Below are positions 38,445 through 51,780 of a stretch of DNA of 64,000 nucleotides, piece by piece. Each line of letters starts with the position of its first letter. The first letter of the stretch is position 1. This stretch comes from Camelus dromedarius (taxonomy: Eukaryota): contig NC_087437.1 of NCBI RefSeq assembly GCF_036321535.1, forward strand, positions 90,770,001-90,834,000. Direction: 5' to 3'. The position numbers and the translations under genes are program-made. The notes under the pieces are model-generated. The model had not been told where the DNA came from, searched no databases, and saw only the letters and a list, made by a program, of their open reading frames with translations.

Positions 38445-39642
38445 ATATCCTAGAGCAATGGAAACAAAAGCAAAAATAAACAAATGGGACCTAGTTTAAA
38501 CTTGAAAGCTTTTGCATAGCAGAGGAAATCATAAACAAAATGAAAGGACAACCTATGGAATGGGAGAAAATACTTGCAAATGATGCAACCAACGGGGGAT
38601 TCATTTCCAAAATATACAAACAGCTCATACAGCTCAATATCAAAACAAAACAAACAAACAAAAACCACCTAAAAACAAAAAACCTACAAACAACCTGATC
38701 AGAAAATGGGCAGAAGACCTCAATAGACTTATTTCCAAAGAGGACATACAGATGGCTAATAGGCACATGAAAAGACGTTCAACATTGCTAATTATTGGAG
38801 AAATGCAAATCAAAACTACAATGAGGTATCACCTCACACCAGTCAGAATAGTGATCATCAAAAGTCTACAAATAATAAATGCTGGAGAGAGTGTGGAGTA
38901 AAGGGAACCCTCCTACATGGTTGGTGGGAATGTAGACTGGTGCAACCATTGTGGAAAACAGTATGGAGTTAAAAATTTAAAAAAAACAGAACCCAAAAAT
39001 AGAGTTACCATATGATTGAACCAGCAATCCTACTTCTGGGCATATCTCCAGAAAAGACAAAAACTCTAATTCGAAAAGATACATGCACCCCAACTGTCAT
39101 AGTAGCATTATTTACAATAGCCAAGACATGGAAGTAACCTAACTGTCTATCAATGGATGAATGGATAAAAAAGATGTGGTGTATACATACAGATATATAA
39201 GGAATATTACTCAGCCATAAAAAAGGATGAAGTAATGCCATTTGCAGCAACATGAATGGACCTAGAGATTATCAAACTAAGTGAAGTCCGACAAAAACAA
39301 ATATCATATGATATCACTTATACGTGGAATCTAAAAAATGATACAAAAGATATAAAACAGAAATAGACTCACAGACAAAGAAAACAAATTTATGGTTACC
39401 AAAGGGGATAGAATAGGAGGCATAAATTAGGAGTTTTGGATTAACAAATATACACTACTATATATAAAACAGATAAAATAGCAAGGACCTACTGTATAAC
39501 ACATGGAACTATATTTAATATCTTGTAATAACTATAATGGAAAAGAATCAGAAATATGAATTTATGAATCACTTTGCTGCACACCTGAAACTAACACAAT
39601 GTTGTATACTTCAATAAAAAACATTTTTTAATTAAAAAAAAT
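38445..39642 (+). mobile_element. L1 3' portion (ORF2 C-terminus plus artiodactyl-type 3' UTR), 5'-truncated
   Basis: Canonical ORF2 end 'gaaatgcaaatcaaaactacaatgaggtatcacctcacaccagtcagaat'; 3' UTR 'aaggacctactgtataacaca...gaatcactttgctgcacacctgaaactaacaca'; A tail; disrupted frame. Confidence 0.92.
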
Positions 39643-40505
39643 AGGCAGAGGACCTAAATAGGCATTTGTCCAAAGAATATGTACAGTTGGCCAACAGCCA
39701 CATGAAAAGATGTTCAGTAACGTTAATCATCAGGGAAATGCTAATCAAAATCACACTGAAATTTCACCTCACACCTATCAGAATGGCTATAATCAAAAAG
39801 ACAAGAAATAACAAGTGTTAGGATGTGGAGAAAAGGGAACCCTTGTACACTCTTGGTGAGAATGTAAATTGGTATTGCCATATGGGAAACAGTATGAAAG
39901 TTCCTCAAAAAAATTAAAAAATAGAACTAAATATGATCCAGTAAATTCTGGGTATTTATTACGAGAAAATAAAACCTAATTTGAAAAGATTTATGCATTC
40001 CAGTGTTTGTTGCAGCATTATTTGCATAGCCAATTATAGAAGCAACCTAAGTATCTATCAACAGATGAATAGATAAAGAAGATGTGGTATATATATATAA
40101 TGAAATATTACTCAGCCATAAAAAGAATGAAACCTTGTCATTTACAACAAAATGGATGGATCTAGAGGGTATTATACTAAGTGAAATGGGTCAGAGAAAG
40201 ATAAAATACTATGTTTTCACTTATATGTGGAATCTAGAAAAGAAAAAAAATGAACAGATAAACATACACACAGATACAGTGAGCAGTCTAGTGGTTGTCA
40301 GAAAAGAAAGGGTGGGGGTTGTATAAAATATGTGAAGGGGAATAAAGAAGTACAAACTACAGTTATAAAATAACAATTCACAGGGATGTGATGCATAGTA
40401 TAGGGAATAGAATAATATTACAATATCTTTGTGTGGTGCATAATCTATAAAGATATCGAACCACTATATTGTACAACTGAAACTAATATATGTAAAGACA
40501 TTAAA
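39643..40505 (+). mobile_element. Older L1 3' portion (L1MA9-like or laurasiatherian)
   Basis: ORF2 end (ORF 40084-40326 'KKNETLSFTTKWMDLEGIILSE') and 3' UTR 'gtacaaactacagttataaaataa...cagggatgtgatgcatag'. Confidence 0.88.
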
Positions 40506-40669
40506 AAGATTATGTGATCTACAGTGTTTGGAGCAGTTGTTCTTGGTTTATAAAATTTTTATGTGCTTTTTTAAACATACTCTGATTTTTATGCTGTCAT
40601 ATACAAGCAGGTATATTACAAAGTTTAATGGGTAAACTCAAGTAATACCACGTGCACAAATCAAAAGTA

Positions 40670-41510
40670 TATCCATTAATAGAATTCAGTAAGTATTCAG
40701 TAAATATCTGATATACCAGGCAACATTCTAGATGTTAAAGATAAAACATTTAGCCTAATAGATAAAAATTGCTATCCATATGGTAGTTATATTATTGTAA
40801 TAATAAAAATATGTAAATTATATTGGATGTTTTGAAAGTGGTAAATATTTTGAAGATGCATTAAGAAGGTAAACAAAGTGCAAGAGTAGGGGTTTTTACA
40901 ATTTTAAATAGGTTAGAGAAAGCCCCATTGAGATGGTGATTTTTGAGCAAAAATTTAATGAAGTTGAGTAAATGAGTCATTAAGATATTTTCAGGAAGGA
41001 ATATAAGATATTTTCAGGAAGGAGTATCAGTATGAATGTCAGGGGCAAATGCTCAATATGCATGTGCAGTATGCTCAAAGAATGAGAAAGAAGGCAGAGT
41101 TACAGGAGCTGAACATAATTGGAAGGAATGGACAGTAGAAGAAATGAGGTCATGGGGAAAATGGAGGCTTAGATCATATAGAACCTTCTAGGCTATTGTA
41201 AAGTTTAGATTTTACTCTGAGATCACAAATTATTCAAAACTTTAAGCTGGAGGATGATGCAATCTCTTTTTAATGTTTAAAAGGTCACCCTCACAGGTGT
41301 GTTGAGAATAGAATACAATGAAGAGAAGATGTGAAAGGACAGGGCTGTAAGTATGGAGTCCAATTAGTTAGGTAGAGGGATAAACCAGGTAAAAGATCAT
41401 GGTGGTTTGGACCAAGATGGTCTCAGTGGACGTAGTGAAAAGGAGTCAGATTTTTTGAAGATACGTTTTGAAGGTAAAACCAACAAAATGTGCTGATGGA
41501 TTATATGTGG
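40670..41510 (-). mobile_element. L2 LINE; probably continues at about 42300-42620
   Basis: 'taccaggcaacattctagatg', 'ttgtaaagtttagattttactctgag', 'atggtggtttggaccaagatgg', 'ttttgaaggtaaaaccaacaaaatgtgctgatggatt'. Confidence 0.8.
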
Positions 41511-41524
41511 TAGTCATCTGATTT

Positions 41525-42275
41525 AGCATCATGGATATGTGATATGTTGAGTTGCACAGGGCTACAAGCTCAGAAGGACTTTGTTTGGTATAATGCTTTG
41601 TTTTGCCGTCTTTAAATACTTTTATCTTTCATTGTGTTTTGTAGGTCTGATGTAGCAATGGATCATGTGCTTGAGTGGAGGAGAGATAAGCACAATATGC
41701 ACACTTCCTTCATTTTTTTCCATTCTGTTCATATATAGCTGTTAAGAATCCACATGAACACAGAATTCTAGCAACCCATTGCGAGTGGAAGTTCAGCAAA
41801 CTCACAGTCACTGGTTTTCATAACACATTTTCCTTGTACTCACTTACTGAACTCCCACAGGTGTGACAGGGGTCCACTGGAATTATATGCTCATGTTCCA
41901 TATCAACATGGCTATTATTGAATAAATGGGAACAGAGAAAGCCCTCAAGATTTCCTTTCCAAATAGACCTTGGTTTGAACATAGAGGCAGTGGTGTTCTG
42001 AGAAACAAAAATAATGAAGAAACTTTGTATCCTTTCTTACTCATCTTACTTTTCTATATTAGCCAATCAGTTATGCTGAAAGTGATGATGTAGGAGGAAG
42101 GGGCAAGATAGAACAACTCAAGTTCCTTTTCCTTTCAGTCCTTTCTTACTCCTCAGTTCATAACTGAAAAGAGAAAGAATTGGTAGAACATGTTTGGATA
42201 TCAAGAAATAAATACGAATTAGTAATTTTGTGCAGTATTTCTACTATGCTGGTAGGAACAAAATAAATAACATGA
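41525..42275. mobile_element. hAT-Tip100 element (Zaphod/MER115-like)
   Basis: 'gttgcacagggctacaagctcagaagg...tttggtataatgct' and 'agttccttttcctttcagtcctttcttactc...ttggtagaacatg...atcaagaa'. Confidence 0.7.
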
Positions 42276-43967
42276 TTATTATGATAGGAATAATAGAAGA
42301 GAAAGTTAAAATGTGGAGATTTAGTGGAGAGAAAACAGAATTGCTCATGCAATTGTCCTGGATGGTCAGGAAATAATAAAATCTAGTTCACAAGATGTAT
42401 ATTTGGCCTTTGAAAGAAGAATAAAGAGCTTATCTGTAGTAACAAGGGAAGACAAGGATATGTATATAAATAATTTGTAGCTATGCAGAGCTAAAAAGAG
42501 TTTATGGAATTTCTCTTCCGATTAATTCTGTTTTCTCAGTTTAAAAAAAGTGTGCAAGTTCACCTTATGAAAATGAGAATGGGAGAGCTGTTGGAGCTCT
42601 AAGGAGAGAATAAAGGAAATGATTTCAGCTCCATTGTTCACTTATCAGAGAAATCTTTCCTGAGCCCCTAAAATATGCTTTTTAACACTGTCTTCTTAAC
42701 ATTTTATTTGTATGTTTAGTGTCATAGTTAACCCACACCTACGCATACTTCAATATGCTGTTTTATTTTTAATTTTAGCATTTTGGGGGGAAGTTGCTGC
42801 TACACATTGGAGGAATCTAGTCGCTTTTCCAGGGAGGCCAGTGACTATATGTAAGTACTACCTACTGTGTAATGTGAGTATTGTTTCTCAATTCCTTGGT
42901 GTCATGTATTTCTTCATTTTATGACATAAGCTTTGTTATACTGTTTTTAGTTTTCTTTTGGTCATTTAAAAATCTTTTCCAGCTTGGATTATTTTTTCAA
43001 ATGCCCTAGGAACTCATCATCCTTTCTAATAAGACGAAAGGTAAAAAGGTATTTCTTAAAACTTTCAACCTTTTTTCACTAAAAGAAAAGTCAGTTTGCA
43101 TTTAAAGCATATTTAATTGGTATTCACCTCAGGTAGGAATACATACATAGCACTAACTTGAAGTTTATTGGAACATTTCCCTCAGTATCTCTATCCAGTA
43201 CTTCCTGGGGAAACTACGGTCTTTTGTTAATCTCCCTAGAATGGTTTCTGAAAATAACTGGAGATTGTTCACAGGTTCACAGTGCTGTTCTTGAGCTGGT
43301 TGGATTTTATTTCTTTTCCTGCTTTCCTTCAATAGAATCTAACATACCAGTTTAATGATAAATGTTGGTAATAAGGTCTCAGCTATTTTTAATATACATA
43401 ATCTCAAATATGTAGAATCCAATGATCTTATGTCTTCTGAAAACAATGCATCAATATTTGAAGAATAATTATTAAAAATAATTTTCTACTTAATACTAAA
43501 AGAAACCAAAATATTTCATTCTGAATTCATAGGATATGATTTCTTTTCTAAACATGGAAACAACGTGTTTACCACACGGTTCTATATTAATCATACCACC
43601 TGCTATATTTCCAAGGGAGAATCCATTCAGTCTTTTTTTTAATACAATTCTGTACATAGAGAATAAATGTGCCAGAAAAAAAGGTCAGAAAGTAAACAAC
43701 AGCAGGTTACATTTGAAATATAATACTTGAAAATTTAGGTATGAAGCTTTCAGTGATATTAATGAGGATGGTGGAACTAAACCTCCCTCTGCTTTACTAA
43801 ATCTACCTTTATATGTAAGTGCATAGTCAAGACTGAACAATCTGCCCTTAACTTACTCCGTTATGCTGGGATTTTACAGAAAAAGTCATGTGATATGTAT
43901 TCTTTATTGTAATTCCGTGTAGTACTGTTTCTTCCACTGTCACATGATAAAGTGATTCTTTCAGATG

Positions 43968-44010
43968 CAGTGTGTGTATGTGTATGTGAGAGAGAGAGAG
44001 AGAAAGAAAG
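43968..44010. repeat. Compound (TG)n(AG)n microsatellite
   Basis: Directly visible. Confidence 0.85.
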
Positions 44011-44606
44011 AATGAGACAGATTAAGACCAGTGTGAACAGCTACACATTGTTTCAAGATAGTGTAATACATATTTCTGACCAATGAATTACATGAGGAAG
44101 CATGCACTGATGAGGGAGAAAGACAGTACTTCTTCATAATGATGCCAGAGCTAAACAAATACCTAAAACTGGAACTGAAACAGGAAGCTACTCCTTTAAC
44201 AAGGGGAAAATACCATTCCATTAATCAACCTACTTATTTTTTAATTTACTGTTCTTTACTTCCTTTTATCTCTAATACCACTGAATTAAATCATCTATGG
44301 CAGCAAGTATATTTTTAGGTTTTTTTTTTTTAAACCTGTATCTCTTAATGACTTTCTTTCAACCTTTCTTTTATGTTCCACCCTTGAATGGTCAGAGCTA
44401 GTTTGGAGGACATGTAAAAATATAGGCTAGCTTTTTCTGACAGATTGAAGAAGTTCTGTGATTTAGGTGAATATCAACTATGGTAGTTATGGATAGGATA
44501 AGACAGTCTAGGTATTTTAATTTAACTTGTGAGGAGTGTGCTTGATCAGCCTTGCTTCGATTTTCCTTCCATCTGCATTTTTTTCGCCTACCAGAGGAAA
44601 CTCATT

Positions 44607-44625
44607 TAACCACCAGGGGGCACTA
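44607..44625 (+). promoter_or_regulatory. CTCF core motif
   Basis: TAACCACCAGGGGGCACTA matches the consensus CCACCAGGGGGC(G/A)CTA in apparently non-repeat sequence. Confidence 0.7.
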
Positions 44626-45429
44626 TATGCATGGTAGCCCATTGTACCTTGAATTTGACCAAGTATTCTGTCCAGTAGAGGTAAAGGTGATAATTGAATA
44701 AACTAGAATTTGGCTATTGGAACACAAAGAGGGTGAGGAGGCAGGAAGAAAATCACCAGACATATTTCATAGATGCCACTGGAGGGAAGTATTGCTAGAA
44801 TATCCTTGATTTCTGTTCCAATTCATAGGCATCCTAAACCGGTTTATTTTTTCATGGAAGACTGAGTAAATCTGTGGTTATTACAATTTAAAGGGCCTAA
44901 ATAGCATGCTCTTGTTTCTATAAATGTGACAATGGCAGAAACAGGCGAGTCCTTGATTCGACTTTTTGGAATGATTGTAAAATCTAGGTTAGATTTAAAA
45001 TAAATGGGAAAAAATTAAGTTAAGGTGCTCAGGTTTGATGAAGTTATGGTTTAAAGCAATGACTGTGTTTATTTTTTCTAAACTTTGGACAACTGACCAA
45101 TAAAAAGATTAAAACTTTTAATTCATGTTTTCACCTTACCATTAAATTTTGTGCTAAGATTTTCCATTTATTTAATAATATTTTTTACACTAGTTTAAAT
45201 ATCAGTTCATCAAAGTATCTATAGTACTTATGGTTTGCAGTTACTGTTTAGCAAAATATCTTCTTAGGTAAATGGCAAGAGTGCTAGATACCCTTATATT
45301 CAAGTAAAATTGCCATAAAAACTCCAGAATAGTGTGACTCTATATTTTTGTTTGGAACACTGTATTTTTAACCATTTAGAGACTGATCAGTTTTGAGATA
45401 TATATGATATATATAAACAAAAATAAACT

Positions 45430-46190
45430 ACCACTTGCAAATACCATAGACAAAAATCAAATGAAAAATGACAAGCTGGGGAATGTTTACAGCACATTAT
45501 CATAGACATCAGTTTTCAGGCTTCTTTCTCTACCATAAGAAGACCACCTGCAAAATAACAGCTACCTTCTAACAAAATGGGAAAATGAACAAAAGCTTAA
45601 AAACAAGAAAAAGACATTTAAATATATGAAGAGATATCCAATCTCACCCATTAAAAGAGAAATATAAACTACAACTACATTGAGATACCATTTTAACCTC
45701 TACAGTTAGCAAAAGTTCAAGAGTTTGATAGCTCACTCTACTGGCAATGATTCATAAAAACTATCAACTTTCATTCATTGCTGGTAGGAGAGTAAATTGG
45801 CACAACTCAAGTGGAAGGCAAGTTGGCAGTCTCTGTCAGTCTCTGAGCAATTCTCAATTTAAGAATTTGTTCCACAAACTGTATTCCACATATAGAAAAT
45901 TGACCTGTAAAATTTTATCCACTCATACTGTTGTTTGTTATAACACAAAATTGTCTAAAAGCCAATCCATAGAGGAATCAGTAAATTTTTTTTTCATTCA
46001 TACAATGAGATGTTATGTAACTGTTAAAAAATGTAAAAAGTCTTTTATTTTCTGATATGAACAAGTCTCTGAGATATATTAGAGGAAGGTCCCAAAACAG
46101 TATGTCCAGGCAACTGTGGAAAAGAGGGGGAAAAGCCCCAATTACATATGAATGTATATGCAAAAAAACTATTTGGAAGTTTCAATTAAG
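45430..46190 (+). mobile_element. L1ME-like ORF2-end and 3' UTR fragment
   Basis: 'aactacattgagataccatttt', 'tcattcattgctggtaggagagtaaattggcacaac'. Confidence 0.65.
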
Positions 46191-46397
46191 AAGAATTTAA
46201 AGAATTCTTGAAGAATGGAAGAATAAATAAGAAGTTAAATTAAACTATGTAAGAAGATAAATAAAATTAGAAGAACATTTAAAATTAGGTCATTGGGGGA
46301 TGTTTCAGTTTTCATCAGATTCCTGTGTGAGTAGTAGACACTTGACAAATATGCAGATGGGAGAAAAAAATCTAAAAAAAAAAATCTAATGGATATG

Positions 46398-46620
46398 TTC
46401 ATTCCTTCATTTAACAAATTTTTAGGGAGGATTTATTATGTGCTGAGTACTGGCGTAGGCATTAGGAATAGAAAGATAAATCAGATAGATTCTGTCCTCT
46501 AGAAGCTCACAATCCGAGGCTGGAAATGGGGAAGACCAACTTCTTATCATGTTATTATAATTCAGTGTGATCAGTATTAGGATATCAATATGTACAAAGT
46601 GACATGGGCTTTGCAAGAAT
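46398..46620 (-). mobile_element. L2 3' end
   Basis: 'ttcattccttcatttaacaaat...tatgtgctgagtactgg...ctgtcctctagaagctcacaatc'. Confidence 0.7.
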
Positions 46621-47660
46621 AATTTTCTGAATTAGACTCTGAATTCAAATATTTCTTGTATGATAGATTTCATTTAAAATGAAAGTTAATTTTTAAAAGC
46701 AGCATCTACTTGGTTCCTAATATAGTACTCGGGACACAATTTAATAAAATTGTGTGAATATTTGTTTGTTTTTATCCTTCCAAAGTATAAATGCCTACAG
46801 AATGACAGATTTAATTTTATCTAAGAGAAGCTACTAAACTTTGTAGTAGGCTGTGAAGAAACAAAGCAGTAAGGAGGAAAAGCAGCCATGCAATGACAAA
46901 ATAAATTCTTTGATAAACCTGAAAAAAAGTCTCTTAAAGAAGACCTTGTAATTTCTCCTCTGACTGTCCAGTCACATAGACATTTATATGAGTGTATTTA
47001 TAAAGAATACTACTCAATCTCTTAAGAGAAAATGTTCTCAAACTATATACTGTAAGCTGCTGTCAAAATCAGGACCACTCTTTACCCTAAGGAGAAAGAC
47101 TGCAAATAAATATGCTTTAATTTCTTCATATCAGTATATATTTTGTGGTAATTAGTTATTGACCAACTGTGTAGATTAAGAATAGTCTGACTTTTCTTGT
47201 TAAATTCCTCTCATCTTGAGACACATAATCATACTATTATATGTCTAGCTAATAAATGTGATGATGGAATTAAGGCTATGCTGTGATTCTCAGAAAGGGT
47301 GAAAAACCCTTATTCTCTTGGACTGCCATTCTCAGTATGTGTTATCAGCTGTTAGAGACTCATATCACATAGAGAGGCCAGAGACTTTTAGCATGTTGTC
47401 AGTTCTTGTGCCCAGTCCACAGAAACTATGGACTTGATCTTATATGAAAGACCTAAACCAATGAAGACTTTGCCCTTTTGATTTCCATGGGAAACAGTTT
47501 CTCAAGAATGTTTTTGAGTTTACGTTGTTCTGAATTTTTTTTTTTTTTTTTTGAGAATAGGTAGGATTCAGTTTGAATACTCTACTGGTAAAATCCATAG
47601 CTGGAACATAGGTCAGTCATTAGAGTTGGTAATGCATGAAAATCAACTGAAGACAATTCA

Positions 47661-48016
47661 TGCAAATTGAATGTTTGTGTGCTCACAAAATTTGTGTGTT
47701 TAAATCCTAACCACCCAATGTAATATTTGGAGGTGGAACTTTAGTGGGAGGTAATTAAATTATGAGGGTGGAGCCTTATGAATGAGATCTGAACTTTTAA
47801 AAAGAGACATTAGAGAGCTCCCTTGTCCCCTTCTGCCATATGAGAATACAGCAAGAAGATGGTTATTGCTGAACTGTGAGGCAGGCTTTTACCAGCTGTT
47901 GAATCTGCTGGCACCTTGATCTTGAATTCCCAGCCTCTAGAGCTATGAGAAACAAATTTCTGTTGTTTATAAGCCACCCAGTCTCTGTCAAATATACTAA
48001 GAAAACAGTCTTAACA
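47661..48016 (+). mobile_element. MLT1A-like MaLR LTR
   Basis: 'tgaatgtttgtgt...atgagggtggagcc...gaatctgctggcaccttgatcttgaattcccagcctctaga...tttctgttgtttataagccacccagtct'. Confidence 0.85.
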
Positions 48017-49929
48017 AGAAGATACTTGAAGGATCTGAACATGTCCATTTCATCAGAGATTTATATTATGCAATATGGCGCATGTTAAAATACTGGCAGT
48101 ACCTCTAAGACAGTTCATTATTATGTCCAACACTTGATTCTGCTGTCAATACCAACCAGCTTATCATGGTCATCTCTTTCACACTTTAACCTAATTCTAT
48201 TCTCTAACAGTTTTGCTTCTCAATGGTAAGGGTCATCTCTACAATTTCTTAATGTGTGCAGAGTTTCAATAAACAATCTTTTTAAATTTGGGAAGATTAT
48301 AAATTTCGTAGAACAGAATTCTGTGAAAATCTTCAGCTACAGCATAGTGTAGTAAGCTTTTTCTTTTTCATTCACCCGGTATCCACTTACTCTCTCGGTA
48401 AGAACACACTGGTCTCTTTTGGAATTCATATCTGCTCTTTGGCCTGAGTGTTTAGTGATAGTGGCAGAAGTTCCTGGGTAGGAATAAATCTGTCAATAAT
48501 CTCCACAGTAAAATGTCCTATATTGTTCAAAATGTTTTACAGTTTATAATGGGAGTAAGACACAAATGGCTTATGTACAGATTACATAAGCTGTGGGAGC
48601 ATAGGAGAAGGAAGTTATTTTAACATGGGGGAACAGAAGAGGTTATCATGCAGAATTCATTGGAGACAATTCCCCTGTTGCTTTGGTATAGTTTATGTTG
48701 TTTTCTTCAATAATGTCCTACTTCTCACTCTATAACTTTGTGGGTAGTGATGGCAGCAGTGGCCAGTTTCCACATTCCAATTTTGAGGCATTGACTTCTT
48801 GCAAAATTGAGAGGGAATTTATTTATGTAGATCTTGTCCTGATCCTTGGATTAGGGAAAAAGCAGTTGCCTTAAATTTTACATGAATGTATTTAATTGGA
48901 AACATTGATTAACATTCAGAATCCTCATTGCACAGTGTTCTGGGAAATCACTTTCTAGGATTCAGAACTTCATGATTCAGGAAGACATACTTGAAGGAAG
49001 TGGGCACAAAAGCTAAGTTCAGGTCAATCATAACTAACACATGGAAGTATTTAAAACACCTGCATGTGATATTTTTGACCCCAAATTCAGCATAGATCTA
49101 TAAATTTTAAATGCTGCTCTTACAACAGCATCATCTTAGAGGTGAAAGAGATTAGAGGAACAAATACTAGATTGAGTAAACCAAAGTAAGTAAAGAGCTT
49201 CATCTCATTGAGCATGGCTCATCTTGAATCCTGAGAACCTTTTTTTCCTGAAAATGTGTTCTTTCTTTCCGTATTTCCAAATAAAATTATATTTTAATTG
49301 CTATTCTATCTGGTTATGCTTATAAGTGCTTTGTAGTATCTTTTATCCCAACAGTATTTCCAGGCTCTTAGTATGTGTTCTGTGAGAAAAAAAACTCCTG
49401 TGTTCAAATAAATTTAGGGTATCTTATGTCTGGATTTATCCAGTGATTATTTCCTGCTTCAGATTTCTTCACAATTTAACCCATCTCCACCTGCTGCTTA
49501 TCCAGTTACCTAAGAGGCCGGGGAAGTCAAAACTATTTTATAAGGACAGTTTTCTTCTACTATAGCAAACATATTTTGATAAAACACATTCATTCCCAGC
49601 ACACAAGTGACTAGTAGGACTTCAGGAGTCCTTTGAACAACTCTCTCTGCTAGTTTTATATTTAACTCATATTTTGTGTGTGTGTATGTGTGTGTATGCA
49701 CATGGAAGAGAACCTACCTCTTTATTGCTTAGGTGATATTTTCTGTGCCAAGGTGACTGCTTATATATAAGCTCAGTGTTTTTTGTTAGGTTGTTAAAGT
49801 TAAAATAAAACTGTAATAGAGTTTTGCTTTTTTCTGAAAAAAAAAAGTATTTTAAATGTAAATTATGTAAGCATTTTGATTTTAATTAGGTAAAAATATT
49901 TAGACAAAATGACCCCAAAATTGCAATAG

Positions 49930-50467
49930 TATTGAGAGATAATGTTCCAGGGATTTCTCCATGGCCATGTAGTCCAGGCCTTCTGAGCCAAGAACATACT
50001 TGATAAGTACACATGCCTTGCAAGCTGGAGATAGTAAATCCTTCTGGAAAGATTTGGAGATAAAAACTCTTCTCTTCTCTCTCAACACATTTGCCTGTAC
50101 TCCAGGATAATAATCTTGAAATTCCTCCCCTCTTTCCCTTGGAAGAGAATTCCTTAATGAATAAGATCTCTTTCTCTGAAAGATGGGGTAGACGGCTGTA
50201 CCAGCAGTCCCATATAAAACTAATCTGCCAGTTTTATTTCCTCTCCTGTAGTACAACCCCCTGCATGCACAGGTAAACAACTGGCTCTCATTCTGTGGCA
50301 CTTTAATTAGGGGAAATTGCTTAAGCTGCTGATTTTGCTAAGAATAATAAATGGTCTATTCTTCTGGCTCAGGGATCTTGTGTTCATCTGACAATATAGC
50401 TACATGAAATTACAGCAGGCTAATTTGCTAGCTTAGAGGCAGGGTAAAATCTCAGAGGCTTTGTACA
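49930..50467 (+). mobile_element. MER74-like ERVL solo LTR
   Basis: End 'caggctaatttgctagcttagaggcagggtaaaatctcag' is the reverse complement of the start of 35901-36424; internal 'aataaa'. Confidence 0.6.
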
Positions 50468-50513
50468 TTCTGCTCTATCTGAATCCTTCAAAGTTCTATG
50501 TCGTGCTGATGCT

Positions 50514-51125
50514 CACCTGTCAGAATGGCCATCATCAAAAAGACAAGAAATAATAAGTGCTGGTGAGGATGTAGAAAAAAGGAAACCCTAGTATACTGTT
50601 GGTAGGAATGTAAATTGGTATACCCACTATGGAAAACAGTATGAAGGTTCCTCAGAAAATTAAAAATAAACTATCCTAGCATCCAGCAATTCCACTCCTG
50701 GGTATTTATCAAAAGAAAATGAAAACATTAATTCAAAAAGATATATGCACCCAGTGTTCATAGCAGAATTATTTATAATAACCAAGATATGGAAGCAACC
50801 TAACTGCACATGAAGAGATGAATGGATTAAGAAGATGTGGTTTTATATATATATATAATTCAGCCATAAAAAAGAATGATCTCTTTCCATTTTCATGGGG
50901 AGATGGGCAAGATAGGTGAAGGGGAATAAGAGGTACAAACTGCCAGTTATAAAATAAATAAGTCAGGGATATAATGTATAGCACAGAGAATATAGTTAAT
51001 ATTTTATAATAACTTTATATAGTGTGTAATCTATAAAAATGTTGAATTACTGTGTTATACACATGAAACATATTCTAAATTCATTATACTTTAATAAATT
51101 AAACATATAAAAATAAAAATAAAGG
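50514..51125 (+). mobile_element. L1 3' fragment with internal deletion (similar to 39643-40505)
   Basis: 'cacctgtcagaatggccatcatcaaaaagacaagaaataataagtgctggtgaggatgt' and 3' UTR 'gaggtacaaactgccagttataaaataaataagtc'. Confidence 0.88.
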
Positions 51126-51202
51126 AACCACATTTATCCAGTTATACCAGAAGTACCTGTATCTGTTCTAAACACCACAAATTAGGAAGACTTTTAAAAG
51201 AA

Positions 51203-51507
51203 TTTTTTAAATTTAAGTATAGTAAGTTACAATGTGTGAATTTCTGGTGTATAGCATAATGTTCCAATCATGCATATATTCATTTTCATACTCTTTTTCA
51301 CTAAAAGTTACTACGAGATATTGAATATAATTCCCCAAGCCAAAAGAAGAAATTTGTTTTTATCTATTTTAACATACAGCAGTTAATATTTGCAAATCTC
51401 GAACTGCCAAATTTATCCGTTCACACTCCCTTTCCCCTGATAACCATAAGATTGTTAACTGTGTTTGCAAGTCTGTTTCTGTTTTGTAGATGAGTTCATT
51501 AGTGTCA
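51203..51507 (-). mobile_element. L1 3' UTR (artiodactyl or camelid type)
   Basis: 'aagtatagtaagttacaatgtgtgaatttctggtgtatagcataat...gatattgaatata...gtctgtttctgttttgtagatgagttcattagtgtc'. Confidence 0.8.
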
Positions 51508-51554
51508 CTAGAGTTTGATGAAGAAATTCAAAATAGTTTAACCACAGATATCTA

Positions 51555-51780
51555 GTACTCTATACTGTTTTATATTCAGTACTGTTATAAGCGTTTTGAA
51601 AATGATAACAACCTTAAGATGCAGGCATTTTCATTAACATTGTTTTACAGAAGATTAGATTGAGGCTTAGATTAGTTATCGTGTTGCCTTAAACCACACA
51701 GCTAAGTGGAGAGATGCCCAGATTTTAATCAAGGCAATATGGCTCTAGAGTCTGTGATCTTAAATAATCCACAATATTCC
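51555..51780 (-). mobile_element. MIR SINE
   Basis: 'ttttacagaag...tgaggcttag...ttgcc...cacacagctaagtgg...ggctctagagtctgtgatcttaa'. Confidence 0.7.

Noticed and set aside
38450..40326. Several 70-90 aa ORFs
   Set aside because: Sense and antisense fragments of broken L1 ORF2
49900..50301. 133-aa minus-strand ORF
   Set aside because: Antisense to a MER74-like LTR; non-ATG start; no domain similarity
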